Positions 62,678 to 64,000 of a DNA stretch of 64,000 nt are shown piece by piece. Numbering within the stretch: the first letter of the stretch is position 1; each line of letters starts with the position of its first letter. Position numbers and translations under genes: made by a program. The notes beneath the pieces are model-generated. The model did no database searches. It had not been told where the DNA came from and was given only the letters and a program-made list of their open reading frames with translations. Source of the stretch: Octopus sinensis (lineage: Eukaryota); the NCBI RefSeq assembly GCF_006345805.1, contig NW_021833026.1, positions 124,001-188,000 on the forward strand, read 5' to 3'.

Positions 62678-64000
62678 CAGTGGTTCTCAAACTGGGGTAC
62701 GCGTACCCCTAGGGGTACGCGAAATTCTGTAGGGGGTACGCGAAAATTTTTTGAAAATCTATTTAATTTTCGTTTCAACATAAAAAAGTTATTAATTCTA
62801 ATTATAATAAAAATCATAATTAATTAAATAATTAATAATAAAATAAATCTCCACGCTACTAGTTTTTCTTATGAGTTTACCTGTTAACAAGATTCGAAAA
62901 TACAACGATAGTTATCTCAACTATGGATTTTATTTTGTGATTAAAAACGGTGTGCCACATCCGCAGTGTATTATTTGCCAAAAGATTATTTGCCCTGAAT
63001 CCATGAAACCTTCATTACTTTCTCGGCATCAAGTTTCTAATCATTTCGAAACTATCGGAAAACCAAATGACTTTTTTAAGAACAAAAAAGATAATATTCG
63101 GAAAATAGACGATTCTTTCAATTTTGACATTAATTTTTTACTATCAAAACTCTCTTACATGATTTCATATCGGATCGCAAAAGCCAAAAAACCACATACA
63201 ATTGCCGAGAATCTTATTATACCGTGCATTAAGGACATGTTTAATGTTTCCCTGGCAATAAATTGGAGCATATTGTTCGAAAAATTCCATGTTCAAATGA
63301 TACCGTCAATAGAAGAATACGAGATCTATCCGAAAACATAAAAGAACAAGTTATTTTCTGGTTAATTATTATTAGGTCATTACTGAAATAAAAGTGCTGC
63401 TTTAAAAAATTTTCAATTCAATTGGATGAATCAACAGATGTAGCAAATTGCTCTCAGTTACTCGTTTTGTGCGATATATTTATATGGAAAATATTAAGGA
63501 AGAATTTTTGTTCAACTATTCCTTACCTTTAAACACAAAAGGGTTCTGATATTTTCGATGCAGTTAATTGTTTTTTTGAAACAGAAGGTACATTTTTGAT
63601 TTTTTACTTATGATAGGCCTATTGTGGCAAAATCTTAGTGCATGCACCACAGATGGAGCACCAGCTATGCTTGGATGTAACTCTGGTTTCCGAGGTAGAG
63701 TACAATCTGTCAATCCAAATGTAAAACATCTTCACTGTATGTTGCATCGTTATGTTCTTGCTGTGAAGACAATGCCTCTTGAACTTAAAAATGTTCTTGA
63801 CGATGTTATTAAAATTGTCAATCATATCAAAAAAAGTCCTTTAAATTCGCGAATTTTTATTCAATTTGTGAAGAATTTGGTTCAGATGAGAAGGTTTTAC
63901 TATATCCACAGAAGTTCGATGGTTATCAAAGGAAATGTTCTTTCCAGAGTGCACAGTTTGAAGAATGAAATTTTATGAATAACCTCACCTTAATCATTAA
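62678..64000 (+). mobile_element. hAT (Buster/Charlie, ZBED5-like) transposon, frameshifted, running off the window end
   Basis: TIR CAGTGGTTCTCAAAC at 62678; RKYNDSYLNYGF, PQCIIC, MKPSLLSRH, KPHTIAENLI, QLDESTD, CTTDGAPAMLG and HCMLHR. Confidence 0.85.

Noticed and set aside
1-64000. Bacterial or viral contamination, or rRNA/tRNA genes
   Set aside because: All recognisable genes are spliced animal genes, and no rRNA or tRNA signatures were seen by eye.

Overview
AT-rich eukaryotic DNA from an animal with extremely small spliceosomal introns. Every host-gene intron I measured is 22-30 nt, mostly GT-AG with at least two GC-AG. An NR5A nuclear receptor suggests a bilaterian and Kintoun/DNAAF2 implies motile cilia. 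Together with the micro-introns this best fits a dicyemid mesozoan, with an orthonectid as the alternative; this assignment is inference, not checked. Host genes rebuilt by hand across the introns: PICK1, NR5A/FTZ-F1, HBS1L, DNAAF2, syntaxin-1, a DHRS7B-like SDR, ULK1/Atg1 (almost invisible in the ORF track) and GANAB. There are also two unassigned genes, a partial inverted syntaxin duplicate and an orphan nuclear-receptor zinc-finger exon. Roughly half the window is transposon-derived: Tc1, many hATs (mostly Buster-type), Ginger-like integrase transposons, and RTE, CRE, R4-like and I/Jockey-like non-LTR elements. The most unusual structures are: (i) nested Ginger-like elements carrying TTAGGG-like repeats and a 43-44 bp satellite at the point where the transposase is cut off; (ii) a Ginger transposase interrupted by host-sized micro-introns; (iii) 5'-inverted, twin-priming-like non-L1 retrotransposon insertions, one with a clear TSD; (iv) an in-frame GC-AG micro-intron in the NR5A P-box. 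All exon models and identity estimates are by-eye reconstructions.
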